A stretch of DNA of 64,000 nucleotides from Fimicolochytrium jonesii (Eukaryota), in NCBI RefSeq assembly GCF_025526975.1, contig NW_026515669.1, positions 434,001-498,000 on the forward strand, in the 5' to 3' direction. Below, in pieces: positions 1 to 12,763 of the stretch. The first letter of the stretch is position 1. Every line of letters begins with the position of its first letter. The notes beneath the pieces are model-generated. The model searched no databases and was not told the origin of the DNA. It worked only from the letters and a program-made list of their open reading frames with translations. Made by a program: the position numbers and the translations under genes.

Positions 1-1392
1 TCGACCAAGAAACACAGATTGCGCGGATAGAGCCGTTCTGCTTCCTTCCCTGTGGAGATGTAAATCTGAAGAACCCGGAAATCACTCTTGCATACATTGA
101 GGATTACGGACACAGTGAGACCGCAGCGGCTAGGAATCCGGAGAGAGCGTTCTTTGGCGTACTTGTGGGGAGGGGAGATAGAGGGACGGTGACGAAGTAT
201 GATTTGAAGAAGCGGCAGTACCTTGGGACAACGTCGATGGACGCGGAGTTGTCGCTCGTGATGGCGAACCAGGCGTTGGTGAGTCTCTATCCTCCCGACG
301 CCCGTCTCACGCGTCTCGATCTCTCACACCTTCCCCCTTAGGTGCGCGCAGGTAGCTTTGTCCTAGACCCCTTCGTCGGCACGGGCAGTTTCTTGGTCAC
401 ATGTGCACATTACGGGTGCTTCACGATGGGAACAGACATTGATGGGCGGCAGATACGAGGAAAAGGTCCGTTTGCGCAAAATTCCAAAGTTGTTGGCGCG
501 GACTGCAGGCGGCGCACGTTCTGATCAGTTCAGTGAACACAGGCGAGCGCAGCATCCGGTCAAATGTTGAACAGTATAAGCTTGGTGGACGGGTACTCGA
601 CACCGTTGTTGCTGACATTGGTAAGCAACTCGGCTGATCTGGATTGGGTACTGGGACATGAGAACTGACTGGATCGGGACAGCGCATCACCCATGGAGAG
701 CAACGCAGTTGTGGGATGCTATTGTTTGCGATGTAGGCTTCGTGACGGTTCCCGCTGCGACTTTGAGAAGTCTGCCAACTAATTTCTTTCTCGTTCGCCA
801 GCCACCATACGGCGTCAGAGCTGGCGCAAAGAAGCTGGGGTTTAATGCGAATGCGAAGCCGCCACCAGGAGTAGACGGGCCCCTCCCAGCTCTGAAAAAG
901 TGAGGATCCCGTCTGTTATAGCATCAATTGTCGTTATAAGTCAACTGACATTGCAATGTTGAACAGAAACGGCGAGCTTCGGTACCCCTCAACCATCCCA
1001 TACGAGATGCACGATGTCATCGTAGACCTGATAGATTTCGCAGCCGTGCATCTCGTCCCTGGAGGACGGCTAGTGTACTGGCTGCCGACGATCGTCGATG
1101 AGTAAGTCCTCAAAGCCTCTCCCGGTTTGACTATTTCGCGAACACTCATCTCCATTGCTCATGCAGATACAGCCCAGACGACCTGCCCCTCCACCCACAA
1201 TTCAAACTGGTATCCAATAGCGCGCAGGTATTCGGCAAATGGTGTCGCCGGCTGGTGACGATGGAGAAGCTGCATGATGCGGGGTCGCTAGAGACGGGTG
1301 AGTGTCAAAACGCGGCCCTGGCGGAGGCTGCTTCGGCCAACCCGGCGCATGCGAAGTTTAGGGAGGTTTACTTTGGCGATGGGAGGACGTGA
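1..1392 (+). CDS. TRM11: tRNA (guanine-N2, m2G10) methyltransferase, 5' end outside the window, multi-exon
   Basis: Exon translations give KYDLKKRQYLGTTSMDAELSLVMANQAL, VLDPFVGTGSFL (SAM motif I), GTDID and IVCD/PPYGVRAG (DPPY motif IV), separated by GT-AG introns. Stop TGA at 1390-1392. Confidence 0.9.
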
Positions 1393-1625
1393 GATTTACG
1401 GGCCGGGGGTCTGCGGCGGGTTCGTGGATTGGATTGGAAGGATTCAGGCTTTGGGAAGGTCGTGGCCGCATAACTTATCACGTAGTATATAGCATCTCTG
1501 GCAGTAGCGCACGGTATCTAGACGTCCCATAGACAGATACCATGGTATGGATTCCCTCTGGTATATCACAACGGATGTACATCACGAGTGCATACAGGCG
1601 TTTTTGGTCAGAGATCATGGATACA

Positions 1626-4553
1626 TCAGCGCGCGGGCGGAATGGCCATAATCTTGATGATCTGCTGATTCATCTCGTCCATGAGTTCCGTAACCTGTTT
1701 CGCGAGGGGCTTGTAATCGCTCTCGGCGTTTTTGGTCGCAATGTCTGCGGGTTCGAGAACGGATCAGTCCACATTTCAATCAATGGGTCAGACGAATGCG
1801 CAACAACGTACATTCTTTCAAATGGAAATTCGTCCCCTCTATATGCCTCAACCGCTGCTCCAGCGCCGCCAACTGCGTCGCCGTGTCGTTCTCATGCAGC
1901 GAGGCCTTCTTGGCGTCGTGCGTCGCGGAGAGATGTTGCTGCACCTCCTCGCGGAGTGTGTCGCGGATGATCAAGAGCTGGTCCCGCTCTTTCTCGTTTC
2001 GCTAGATGACCGAGATCGGCAGATCATTGCGTCAGATATTGCACGACGTAAATCATGCGTTTGCGAAGGGGATGGAGAGGCGAACCCACCTGCTTCTCAG
2101 CCTCTAGACTAGCGCGAACGCCCTCGATATCGGAGATTTTGCTAATCTCAGTTTTAAGCGATTCGATTTTCTGGCGCTGGAACGTGAGCTCGCCTTCCAT
2201 TTTGCTGCCGAGCTGGCTGACTTTCTCGTAGTCTGCGAGGCGGCGGTCGCGTTCTGCCATGGGAAGAGGTACGGGATGTTAGACTGTTGGAGGGCCAGAT
2301 CTTGTGTGAATGCGCATATCGACGAATGGCGGTTTGTCCGACGCCGAAAAGGGCACTATGGAACACAAACCTTGGATAAGAGCCTCCATCGTATTCTCCG
2401 AATTGCGCATCTCCTTTTCCTTGAACTTCAGATCTCCCTGTAGATCCTCGAAGACCTCAGGCGACGGCAGCTGTTCCGGCTTCGACAAGATCTGCGAAAT
2501 CAACCGCAATCAGAGTCACAGCCCAAACACCCAAGACCGCATCAAAACCATCCAAAACCAACCCGCATCCGCTCCAGCATCGCCGCAATCTTCTGCTCAA
2601 TAGCAGCGTTTCTGTCCAGCGCCTCCTTCTTTTTGCTTTCGTACGCGTCTATGAAGGACTGCATGTCGCGGTCGCGTTTGAGGAGTTCTTCGTATTTGGC
2701 TTTTTTCTCGACTACATGGATCGCAAGCGTTCGGGAGGATGAGTATGCGCGCTTTTCATTGGAATGGATCGGAGCACGAGGAAGTGAACCCTACCTTGAT
2801 TTGCGTCCATCTCCATGTCCAGCTCCGATAGGTTCTCTTTCAGCTTTTGCGCCTGTTCTTCCAGTTCGGTGACGCGGCGTTCCATCGCTGCTGTTTCTTG
2901 GTTCGCTTCTTTGACCTGTTGTTCCCGAAAGTGTTGGCAACTCTTCCGTTTGGAACTCCGTTCAAAACACGCCAAGTCCAGCCCCATACCTGCTGCAACA
3001 GTCTATTCTTTTCCTGCGGCCCCGACTCGCCTTCCAATTCGCGGATCTGCGTTTCCATTTCCGATTTCTTCAACCGGAGCTCATTCACCTTCTCGCTTAG
3101 TGCTAGGGCACGCAGCTTGCCGGGTTCCTGGCTCAGCTCCTAATCGTACGTGAGGTTTGAAGGTCAGACTCTTGAGCACATCAAGCCCCGACTGATGGGA
3201 GACTAGCTTACCTGCTGTAGAGCGGATGATTCCTTGGTGAGCCCATCAAGCTGCAACTGCTTGGACTTTATCTCCTCAGAGTATCGAGCGTTTTGCTCTT
3301 TTAGTTCGTGGTAGGTTGCTCGACGGGTATCGTCCTGAGTGAGAACGTGTGAGGGTTTCCTGTCATCCATACGAGGTTACGAGGTGCGAGAACCAGCCTA
3401 CCAGATTGTTGATCTGCTGCTCAACAGTTCGACGCTCCTCGTCCATCTGAGCCTCGATATCCCGTATCGCCGTTTCTCGTCTGAATCAATACAACCGGAA
3501 ATCAGATTCTCATCGTTCTTGCCACCTCCTCCCATAGGGATCCCCAAAGATTACTGTGGGAACACATACTGCTGCCTTTCCTGAAAGACATCATCAAGCG
3601 TCTGTGCATTTCGCTCATTCTTCGCCTTGATCTGACTCGCTAGCCGCTCAATGTCCTCCAGATCGGAGTCTGTGTGCAGTTTGTCGACGAGGGTGTTGTA
3701 ATCGCCAAGCTGGCCTTGGAGCTCGCGGAGCTCGTCGGCTAGCGTGTCCGCTCTTGTTTGTGAAAGTTGTCAGTGACCTATTGAGCGCAAACCATAGATG
3801 TTCGGCAGGTATCCCATACCTCCTCTGGAAGCTCATATAATTCGTATTCTCCTTATTGATAGTATCATACTCGTTATTGAGTTTGTTGATCTCCGAGTTC
3901 AGGAGCGCTATCTTGTGACGGAGCTCGCTTTGGAAGAATGTTACATCTTGCACCATTCTTCCTGGTCCTTTCGAGATGCAAACTCCGTCAGAAAGCGATC
4001 AGAGTTTGGCCGATGGAAATTGTAGCGGGCTTACCTTGAACACCTGTCTTCATCCCTCCCAGACCTTGCTGTGTCATCGGACGGTCCAAGACCTGGTAAC
4101 CTGCACATGTTGACTATGTGAGTTTGGCACTAGAGAAATAGCGGTCTCGTTGCGCACATACCGAACCCGCTCCGAGATGCAGTGGTCGGGCGAGCTGTTC
4201 CAGGTGGACCACCTCGTGTGGGCGCTAGAAAGTATCGTTAGCAAATGGTCTAGCGACATTGAAACTCCGGGCAGTACTCTGCGCTTACCATTTCTACCAG
4301 CGCCGCCAACCGCTGTTCCTGGTGGGGCAGGCCCTCGTCCCCATGCTGTGTTTGGATCCGAATTGGTCCGAGCATCAGCACCGGTACTTCCATTTGTCCA
4401 TAAACCCCCAATGCTAATACGCACATGTCCCTGCTCCCGCCCGACTGCTTGGCCGGTTTGCTAGAGATCCTGTTGGCGGACGACCTACGACAATTTGAAG
4501 ATCAGAACACAAACGCTACATTTTTGATTGACAGACATGGCCTTACCGTACAT
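1626..4553 (-). CDS. IFT74: Intraflagellar transport protein 74 (IFT-B1), multi-exon coiled-coil
   Basis: Basic Gly/Pro/Arg N-terminus (MYGRPPTG...PPGTAVGG), then QQGLEGMKTG, VQDVTFFQSELRHKIALLNSEINKL, LQGQLGDYNTLVDKL, LQGDLKFKEKEM and SKMEGEL. ATG at 4553 is followed by a GTAAG intron; stop at 1626-1628. Confidence 0.85.
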
Positions 4554-5450
4554 TGCGGGGCGAAATCTGCTGGATTTGACTCGGATAGTAACTTCTATCG
4601 GGTTTCCGCTTTGAATCACTCGATTGTTCACTGCCAACGTCGTTGCTGCCCGACGGAGTTGTGCTTTTATATTACTGAAAAGGGCATTGACCTCAGTGAA
4701 CTTCTATTTCCATATTCATTGCTGACGAAAAATCATACCTGCTGCGTTCAGCTGGTTTCCAAGGAGTTTGCAATTGAAGTGCTTCCTTCATTCACGAACG
4801 GCATCACGGACATGCCCCGGACGAAACGCGAAACTGACACGAACCGTTCGAAATTCTACTACGTAGCTTACGTCATCAGCAAGGTCAAAATCGGTTTTTT
4901 GGACCTCCCAAAAGCCGGGCAAGCATGGCGACGGAGTGACCAACTGTATGATGAGCGAAAGCTCAGGTCGTGTCAGTTCTCGAGGGCATGTACTCAGGTC
5001 TTCTGGCAGTGAAGGTCCGGACTTCAATTGACGTGACTCGACCTTTGCGACGCGAAGTTCACGTTTAAACGGGTGTCAAGCGGGTTTCCAGGACAGCAAT
5101 CGGCTGGAGCAGGTGCCATCGAACCCAGAGAGGGCTGCCCCTGGGATGAGCACAGTCCCCTTTAGCAGCCCAGCCTCATGTCTTGAGGTTCAAATCCATG
5201 CCCGGGAGGTTCTGTCTAAACAGCCCAAGACTGGGAGAGGCCACAGAAAGAAGCCATCCAGACGCCTTCCACCTTTTGTACACATCAGAATATCTTAGAG
5301 CATCTACCTATGGTTATATACTGTACATGCTTCCAGTCTTTCCAATGACCAAGACCAATGAAAATCCATTCGTCGAGTTCATGGAATATATCTAGCCCAA
5401 AAATGATGCTTGCGCCTGCTCCATCTGCCGCGAGGATCCGGATCCCATCC

Positions 5451-5777
5451 TCAGTCATCGTCCTCGCTCGCAAACTCCTCGTCGTCCTCCGGCTGCGCTT
5501 CATCTTTTCCCACCGATCCATTCTGAGCGGCCTTTTCCGCGTCCACTACTACCGTTAAAAACGAGTTGATATCCTCCCTCATCGTGGCTAAACTCGAGTT
5601 GAGGGCTCGCGTGTATGCCGCTACACTCGATGGCTTTGTTTCCGTAGGCAGAACGGCGTTCAAGTCTTTAGTTGTTGCAAAGCTCGTGGGAGCTGCTCCG
5701 TCGGCGGTTTGCGAGCTGTACTTGTACGCAAAGGCGATCTGGGGTCCCGAGACAGTAGTTGGGCGTTCTGGCGACAT
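5451..5777 (-). CDS. GON7: GON7-like KEOPS/EKC complex subunit (108 aa)
   Basis: Small protein with YTRALNSSLATMREDINSFLTVVVDAEK, matching the Gon7 pattern L..L...L..LQD.IN.FLT..M..dK, and an acidic tail (EDDEEFASEDDD). Confidence 0.65.
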   Translation of the reverse strand: MSPERPTTVSGPQIAFAYKYSSQTADGAAPTSFATTKDLNAVLPTETKPSSVAAYTRALNSSLATMREDINSFLTVVVDAEKAAQNGSVGKDEAQPEDDEEFASEDDD

Positions 5778-6109
5778 GAATTTGTGAGCGTTCTGGTGGT
5801 TAGGGTTGGAGGATACGTCGTCGCCGTGCTGGAGCTTTCTTCGCTTCATCTGAGTCCTATGGAGTTGTGTGATGCCAAGTACAGATTTCGCCGTGGCGTG
5901 GAGCTCGGAGCTGCTCTGAGCGCTCTTACAACTACTGTACTGTACAAGGATCACGTGATGCCCGACTTGCAGCGGATCGGCGAATAACGTCTCCTTCGCG
6001 CTTCCCATATTTCGGTTGGCTTTTTCTTTGGTCATTACCGGAACAGGACTTCGATAGGACCGTTCTGAACAGCACTCACTCTTCCGAAACCAAAACTCTC
6101 GCTGCTGTA

Positions 6110-7750
6110 ATGGGCCGCGCTGCTACAACGTCCGCAACGGCGGTCGCCACTACCCCCGCCAAGAAGGCGCAACCTGGAAGGAAAGGCAAGAAGGCATGGA
6201 GGAAGAACGTGGACTCCACTGAGGTGGAGGAACAGCTCCACGAGCTGAGGAATGAAGAGCGTATTGGGTATGTCTTGATTTCGGTGTTGGCTCTGTGCAG
6301 CTTACGCCAGCACGTGCTCCGGTAATTGAAGAGTGAGGTCCCCGAATTTCGCCTAACTTGTTCTCTCAATGCAGCGGAGGAAAACTTTACACCAAAGCGA
6401 ACGCGGACCTTTTCTTCACTGACAAGTCCGGCGATGCGGAGATCAAGCGGAAATTCCAGTTCAAAAAGCTGAAAATTGACGAAATCCTGCAGCCTACGTC
6501 TGCCATGGACGGCGTGCTCTCGAGGCCGACGGCCAAGTCTACAGTCAAAGTAGCCCCGGAGGGCATGAAAGCGAGGAACGTGTCGAAGAGCAACGTGGAA
6601 GCGGTGGAGAAACTCGCGAAACGGAAGGCCGAGAGTGGGCTGGCACGAGTGGGCGCGAGCGCAGAGGCTAAGGCGGCCGCCTCTGCGGCGAAGAAGCGGA
6701 AGTTGGAGCAAAAGAAGGGTGGCTTTGATCTGTGGGATGCACCAGAAACGGAAACGACCGTGATAGATTCCTCGTTGGATGTCGCGTACATCGAACCCAC
6801 ACTGAAGAAGTCTGTGAAGAAACCACTTCTTCCCGATACTCTGCCGAAAGGCATCAAGGCCGTTGAGGTTTCACACGCGGGTGCTTCATACAACCCCAGC
6901 TTCGACGACCATCAAAAAGCGCTCCGTGAGGCTGTGGACGAAGAGACGGAAAAGATTGATACCAAAGCGAAGACGCTCAAGAAGCTTTCATACCCTGCGG
7001 AGCTGGACAACCTTGATGACGAGACTTTCTTCGACGATGATTCAGAAGAGGAGGAGGAAAACGAGGCTGAAACTTCTGCAGCAACTGGGGAGACAACGGT
7101 GACGGCGGAAGTTTCAGCGCAGCAAACATTCGCTGCTCCAGTCGTGGTGGAACGCAAAACACGGGTGGACCGGAACAAGGAAGAGCGTCGGGCAGCGTTG
7201 GAGCGCGAACAAAAAGCTGCAAAGGAGGCGAAGAAGCTGGACAAGCAGCTGAACAGGCTGGGGGAACTGAAGAAGATCGTCAGCAAGGAGGAGCGAATAC
7301 GACAAGCTCGCCTTGAGGAACGCGAGAGGGAAGCGGTGGAGAAGGCAAACAACGAGACCCGCCGGTTGGGTCCTCATGCGTAAGTAGCTTGGGACATCGA
7401 GCAGAGTGAACTTATGCCTGTCGGTGCTGACATTTCGTTCTTCCGTCTCCACTAGCTTCAAACCTGCACCGATGGATATCCAGCTGACAGAGGAGCTTGC
7501 TGACTCTTTACGGGAGCTGAAACCTGAAGGAAACCTGTTCCGTGATCGTTTTACGAGTTTGCAGAAACGAACGCTGATTGAGGCTCGAGTGCCAATTAGG
7601 TATGTTTTGCTTGATTCGTCAAGGGCTTTTGATGAAGTCATCAGTCGCCTGCCTTTGCTAACTTGATGCCTCCCCTTTCCCAGCAAAAACAAGAAACTCC
7701 GATACAAACGCAAGTTGGTGGAGACTCACGACTACAAGCGTTTCAAGTAG
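6110..7750 (+). CDS. NOP53: Ribosome biogenesis protein Nop53/GLTSCR2, multi-exon
   Basis: QPGRKGKKAWRKNVD N-terminus, LFFTD (AIM motif), KKLKIDEIL, HAGASYNPSFDDHQ, LADSLRELKPEGNLFRDRFTSLQKR. Stop at 7748-7750. Confidence 0.93.
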
Positions 7751-8140
7751 CCGTCTTTGCTCTCTCCATGATAAGCTTAGATCTCGTGGTAGATTCCTTA
7801 GCACCTTATTTAAACCCATTGATACTATAGAGACCTGTACATAGCCATGCCATACTCATTCGGAAGCGCTGGGGCTGCTTACTCAAACCCCCAGTGAATA
7901 CGATATTTGAAAAAGTATGTCGGCAGAACGAGAAGCAATCCGTCCATATTCGGCGCATCTATGTATCCCACCGCATCAAAGGAAAGCAGCATCAGTGGGA
8001 AAACAGCAGAAAGCAATGTGGCGCAGTCATCGACACGCGAAACTTCCGATTTCAGCATTTGATCTGCCCTCTTGCTGAGGAGGCCAATTAGGCGCTTCAG
8101 CGACTGACACCCAGAGTGAGGAGGTGGAGCTTGACGCACC

Positions 8141-10975
8141 ATGGCATCTCCCCTATTACCTGTATCAGCCGCCTCCAGGCGGGCTCCCGGCTCAGCTCGA
8201 CTCGCGTTGCTGTTCACGCTCCTGGATGCCAATTCGACGAGCCGACAATCCCGATGTCGATGTTTTTCCAACTCCGCCCGTCTGAAGGGATGGGAACACG
8301 AAGAGAAGGAGCCGAAGAGCTCTCCTGCTGGTGGAGGGTTTATGCCGGCACCAAGAGGTGGTGGTGCTGGGGGCTTCATGCCGCCAAGGAGATTTGAGCC
8401 ACCACCAGCGCGACCAAAGCGGGATAACGGTTCTGATCTGCGGCCACCGCCGTTCGCAAAGAACGCCGACTCTCGGAACGGTCAGCGGGCGGATAACCGG
8501 AATGCCTCCGGAAGAGGCTTCCAGGCTCGAGGGGATCAGTCTCGTTGGGAAAAAGGGCCTGCACGGCAGGGCAAACCGCCGGCCGGCCGCGAGTCCGAGA
8601 AGCCGGCTCCTGCAGCAAAAGCTGCGCCAGTGATTGCGGAGGTGGACGACGAAGAGTCGTCCTTCACAGATCAGCGCAGGAGCGGCCAGGGCAAGTTCGC
8701 AAAAATGTCGGGGAAGGAGCGGGACCGTGAGAAGATGGCGAGATCTCACGAGAAGCGGAAGGGGGAGAAAGAGCGGTCTAGTGGCGCCAAAAAGAAGGCA
8801 AAACCTGCCGTCCTGCAAAAGAACATTCATCTGCAAGACGGAATCAGCGTGGCGAATCTGAGCACGTTATTGGGAGTACCGTTCAATCAGTTGGTGTGGA
8901 AGATGAAGGACCTTGGTGTGGACACGACGGACGCGGATTACGTTTTGCACAGCGAGATGGCCAGTCTGATTGTGTTGGAGTACGGTTTTAACCCCATTGT
9001 GGCGACGATATCCGATGTGGATTTGACTGCGAGACCAGAACCGGAGGACTGGTCAGAATATCCCGTCCGTCCGCCGGTCGTGACGATTATGGGACATGTA
9101 GATCACGGAAAGACGACGCTTCTGGATTCGCTACGGAAGACATCGGTCGCAGCAGGAGAAGCAGGCGGAATTACACAACACATTGGAGCCTTCTCGGTGC
9201 TCTTGCCGTCGCAGAAGCGAATCACATTTTTGGATACCCCAGGCCACGCCGCATTCTCAGCAATGCGACAGCGAGGCGCGCAGACCACGGATATTGTCGT
9301 CTTGGTCGTGGCAGCAGATGACGGTGTCATGCCGCAGACAGTCGAAGCGATCAAGCACTCGCAGACAGCAGGCGTGCCCATCGTCGTAGCGATTAACAAG
9401 TGTGATAAACCGGACGCGAACGTCAGGAAGCTCAAAGAGGGCTTGCTGCGTTACGACGTCGTTTTGGAAGAGTTTGGTGGGGAGATTCCCGCGGTGGAGG
9501 TGTCTGGTCTGACGGGCAAAGGCTTGGACGAGCTGGAAGAGACGATCGTGACCATGGCTGAAGTGATGGACATTCGAGGGGACCCGAATGGGCCCGTTGA
9601 AGGCGTCGTCATCGAGTCCAAGCTCGTTCGTGGGAAAGGCAATGTTGCGACCTTGATGATACGACGGGGCACGTTGACTCCCGGTGACGTTGTCGTTGCC
9701 GGGAACACGTGGAGTAAAGTGCGTATCATGCACGACGAGCATGGGGTTGACGTGAAGAAGGCGGGTCCGTCCACACCCGTGGAAGTTATGGGATGGAAAG
9801 ATCTCCCCGCAGCCGGCGATCTCGTCTTCGGGCTCGATGCTGTGAGTATTGCACCATTGCCATATAACTCTCATACACTTAGCCAACCAGATATTCACCG
9901 GACTTTCATTACCAGGGCGTGGCAGAAGGCATAGTCGGACCCGCTCGAAAAGCATCCGACGTCCCCAAAAACATCCTCGAAGCCGCCAAAAAGGTTGTTC
10001 AAGCACGCATTGAGCGAGCCAGACGCGAGGCCTCCATCGAAGATATCAAACTGCTCAACGAGAAGCGTCTGAAAGAGAAGCAAGAACGTGCTGACGCGAA
10101 AGCCGAAGAGGCCGGTGAGCCCACGTCTGCAGATACCATGACGGAGGAAGAAGTGGAGGCTGAGGCGAAGGATGTTGCTGCAAGCGGACTTCCGGTCCTG
10201 AATGTCGTGTTGAAATCGGATGTGCATGGGTCGCTGGAGGCGTTAACGGATGCGATCAATGGTCTGCCGGCGCATCAGGTCCGGGTGTGTATTGTCAAGT
10301 CGGGTGTTGGGCCCGTGACGGACTCGGATGTGGATTCTGCGTCGGCTGCCAAAGGTTGGTCCTCCTCTTTCTTATGTGCGGCACATGGACTTTACAGCTG
10401 AACTCTATGTTTAAACCCTAACCTTCCAGCCGAGATCATCACCTTCAACATTCCCATCGACAAACGCACCTCGCAATACGCGGTCACGTCAGGCGTCACG
10501 CTCCGCCCTCACACCATCATCTACAAGCTGCTCGACGAACTGAAAGAAATCATGGGCGACCTCCTCCCGCCAGAGATCATCACCGAAGTCAATGGCGAAG
10601 CCGAAATATTGCAAGTGTTCGGGATCAACGTGAAGGGCAAGCAGATTGAGAAGATTGCGGGATGTCGCGTGGCTACGGGGAAGGTCACGCGTGCGAATAG
10701 CATTCGGATTACGAGGAAGGGAGAAGTTGTTTATGATGGTGAGTTCATGGACCGAGGCCTTTGGGTGGACTTGACACGGAGTTGGGAGCGCTTTCTGACT
10801 CCATACGCACTGGTCTCCAGGTCGTTTGAAAACGTTCAAGCACCACAAAAAGGATATCAACGAAGCCTCCAAAGGCTTGGAATGCGGCATGGGCTTCGAA
10901 AGGTTTGACGCTTTGGAAGAAGGAGATATCATCCAGGCGTACACGACCATCCAGAGGAAGCGCAAGATCACATAG
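8141..10975 (+). CDS. IFM1: Mitochondrial translation initiation factor IF-2, multi-exon
   Basis: Arg/Ser-rich presequence, [53 protein letters not shown] and C-terminal ECGMGF. Stop TAG at 10973-10975. Confidence 0.95.
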
Positions 10976-11920
10976 ACTTGTAGACCTATATATTGAAATC
11001 GTTCATCCCTATATAGATTTTGACCCCGTTCAGACGTCGGCTTGCCCGTCTTACATATAGAGCACCTTCCTTTCGATGGAGTGGTCGGTGATGCGAAGTA
11101 TAGGAAGAAATCTACTATGCTGGGGTAATCGGTGTGGTAATCGACTAACAAGGTTTCTGTCGCGAGTGCCGGATACACTTGAAAGCTTCGTTTGGCGCCT
11201 CGCCGCTGTGCACGTGGCCTCGTGCAGTGCATTCAACCCCGGATGCACATGGCGCCGTAGTGCAATACCGCTCGTCGTGCGTTTTCTTGTTTGGGTCCGT
11301 CGTGCACGTGCTGGCGTTGCTAGGCTTTTATCGTGTGTCGGATATGGTCCCTTTGCGTGGGTGTCTCTTTGCTTCGGTTGCCCCGCTCACCAGCCTGCCG
11401 AATATGCCTGCTACTGTTATATACGCTATTGCAAGTACTGAAACGGCAAATCCCAGCGTAAACACAGCCTCGACAACGCCCATGTCTGCTTCGGGATCCT
11501 GATGCTGGCTCATGGCGTTGTGGTAGGCAGGGAAAATGTGTACACATAGGAGAATTGTCACGGAATGTGACATAAGGTCCCATATGAGACGCGCCGCTGT
11601 CACAGTGGCGCAGCTGTGACAGCAAGCCACGCTGCGCCACACAAGCGCTCTAGTGTACTTTATAACTGTCAACTAGGAGACCTCAATTAGTAGCACGTTT
11701 TCATACCCAAAAAAAAGATATGGATGTCACATATACCTGCTGTATGGTCTACAGGTGAACAGTAACAGTTGATTGGAGCCGCCACAACAAGCAGTAGCTG
11801 ACGAGAAGGTAGTTTGGTTTTTGGACCTTCGCAGTTCTGCAATGCGGCTATGGAACATTTTAGCATTATAAAGGATGCTCCGAGCCCAGGAGAATGCAAT
11901 CAAATTGAGATCAGGAAGGT

Positions 11921-12015
11921 TAAGTTCGCTTCCGCGTCCCCCCCTAGAATGTCAGTGGTAATCAACAAGATGGAGATGAGAGCGATGTATTGGGTTGCGG
12001 AGAACACGGCACGAT
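11921..12015 (-). repeat. Ngaro split direct repeat B2 (element 3' end)
   Basis: 95-bp copy of 12216-12310 with 3 mismatches by eye. Confidence 0.92.
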
Positions 12016-12045
12016 TATATAGACTACAAGGTGAGGGAGGGAGGG

Positions 12046-12216
12046 TTCAACAAACGTTATCCTTTGCTGCTAGAAAAAGGATAATGGGAAAGGAAGGAAA
12101 AGAAGCAGCTACGCCGTAAGGCGACGGGATTACAAAAGGGAAATTTATATAGAGAGATCACGGGAGCCCACCCCGCGCGCGCTCAATTAACTCCGACACC
12201 TTCGGTGAACTACGAT
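12046..12216 (-). repeat. Ngaro split direct repeat A2
   Basis: 171-bp copy of 22941-23111 with 3 mismatches by eye; abuts B1. Confidence 0.92.
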
Positions 12217-12310
12217 AAGTTCGCTTCCGCATCCCCCCCTAGAATGTCAGTGGTAATCAACGAGATGGAGATGAGAGCGATGTATTGCGTTGCGGAGAAC
12301 ACGGCACGAT
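12216..12310 (-). repeat. Ngaro split direct repeat B1
   Basis: 95-bp copy of 11921-12015; forms the internal B1-A2 junction. Confidence 0.92.
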
Positions 12311-12350
12311 CCCAATGGCGAAGCCGTGGCCGTGTCTCGCGCAGGCCCAA

Positions 12351-12588
12351 GGAGCACCGAGTGCGGAGGGTATGGGAGCACCGGGTGCGGGTAGGGAGGG
12401 GCACCGTGTGCGTACTGGAGCTTACCGTGGGCGCCCGCGCGCGAGGCGGGCAGTGTAGATACATGGGGCACCTGGTGCGAGTATCAGAGCTTGCCGTGGG
12501 TGCCGGCGCGCGGGGTAGTGTAGAAGATGCGTGAGGCGTCTGATGCCGGATCGTGATGCCGGTGCAGCGGAAAGGGGCACCAAGTGCG
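12351..12588. repeat. Five copies of the mini-hairpin GGRGCAC-CNN-GTGCG in the Ngaro 3' UTR, two of them inside a ~60-bp tandem duplication
   Basis: Copies start at 12351, 12375, 12398, 12465 and 12574. 12398-12459 resembles 12465-12523. Confidence 0.75.
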
Positions 12589-12708
12589 AGAACCGTAGTA
12601 TCAGTGGAACGTGCAGGTATGATTGGTATACGACAAGAAAAGAAAGGGGAAAACAGATGAAGGTCAACTGGGGATGAACATAAATAGGGTGACAAGACTA
12701 GCTACCCA

Positions 12709-12763
12709 TCAGAAGCCGGCGTCGTCCTCGGCGCGCACACGTCTCCCTCTAAATAGGATGGCC
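12709..12763 (-). pseudogene. C-terminal tail of the Ngaro tyrosine recombinase, separated from the rest by the Gypsy insertion
   Basis: Removing 12764-18634 joins ...RRYVRSHPSLLL to AILFRGRRVRAEDDAGF-stop (TGA at 12709-12711) in frame. Confidence 0.75.

Noticed and set aside
4425..5395. Plus-strand ORFs between IFT74 and the GON7-like gene (195 aa and smaller)
   Set aside because: They overlap the IFT74 first exons and promoter and show no recognisable motif; at most an eroded remnant.
11051..11920. Short ORFs including a hydrophobic stretch (11328-11672) next to the Ngaro 3' end
   Set aside because: Interrupted by stops with no family resemblance; a gene cannot be supported.
12351..12588. 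CRISPR-like or tracrRNA-like reading of the GCAC-CNN-GTGC array
   Set aside because: Repeats are only 15 nt with irregular spacing, the context is a eukaryotic retroelement UTR, and no cas-like ORF is present.
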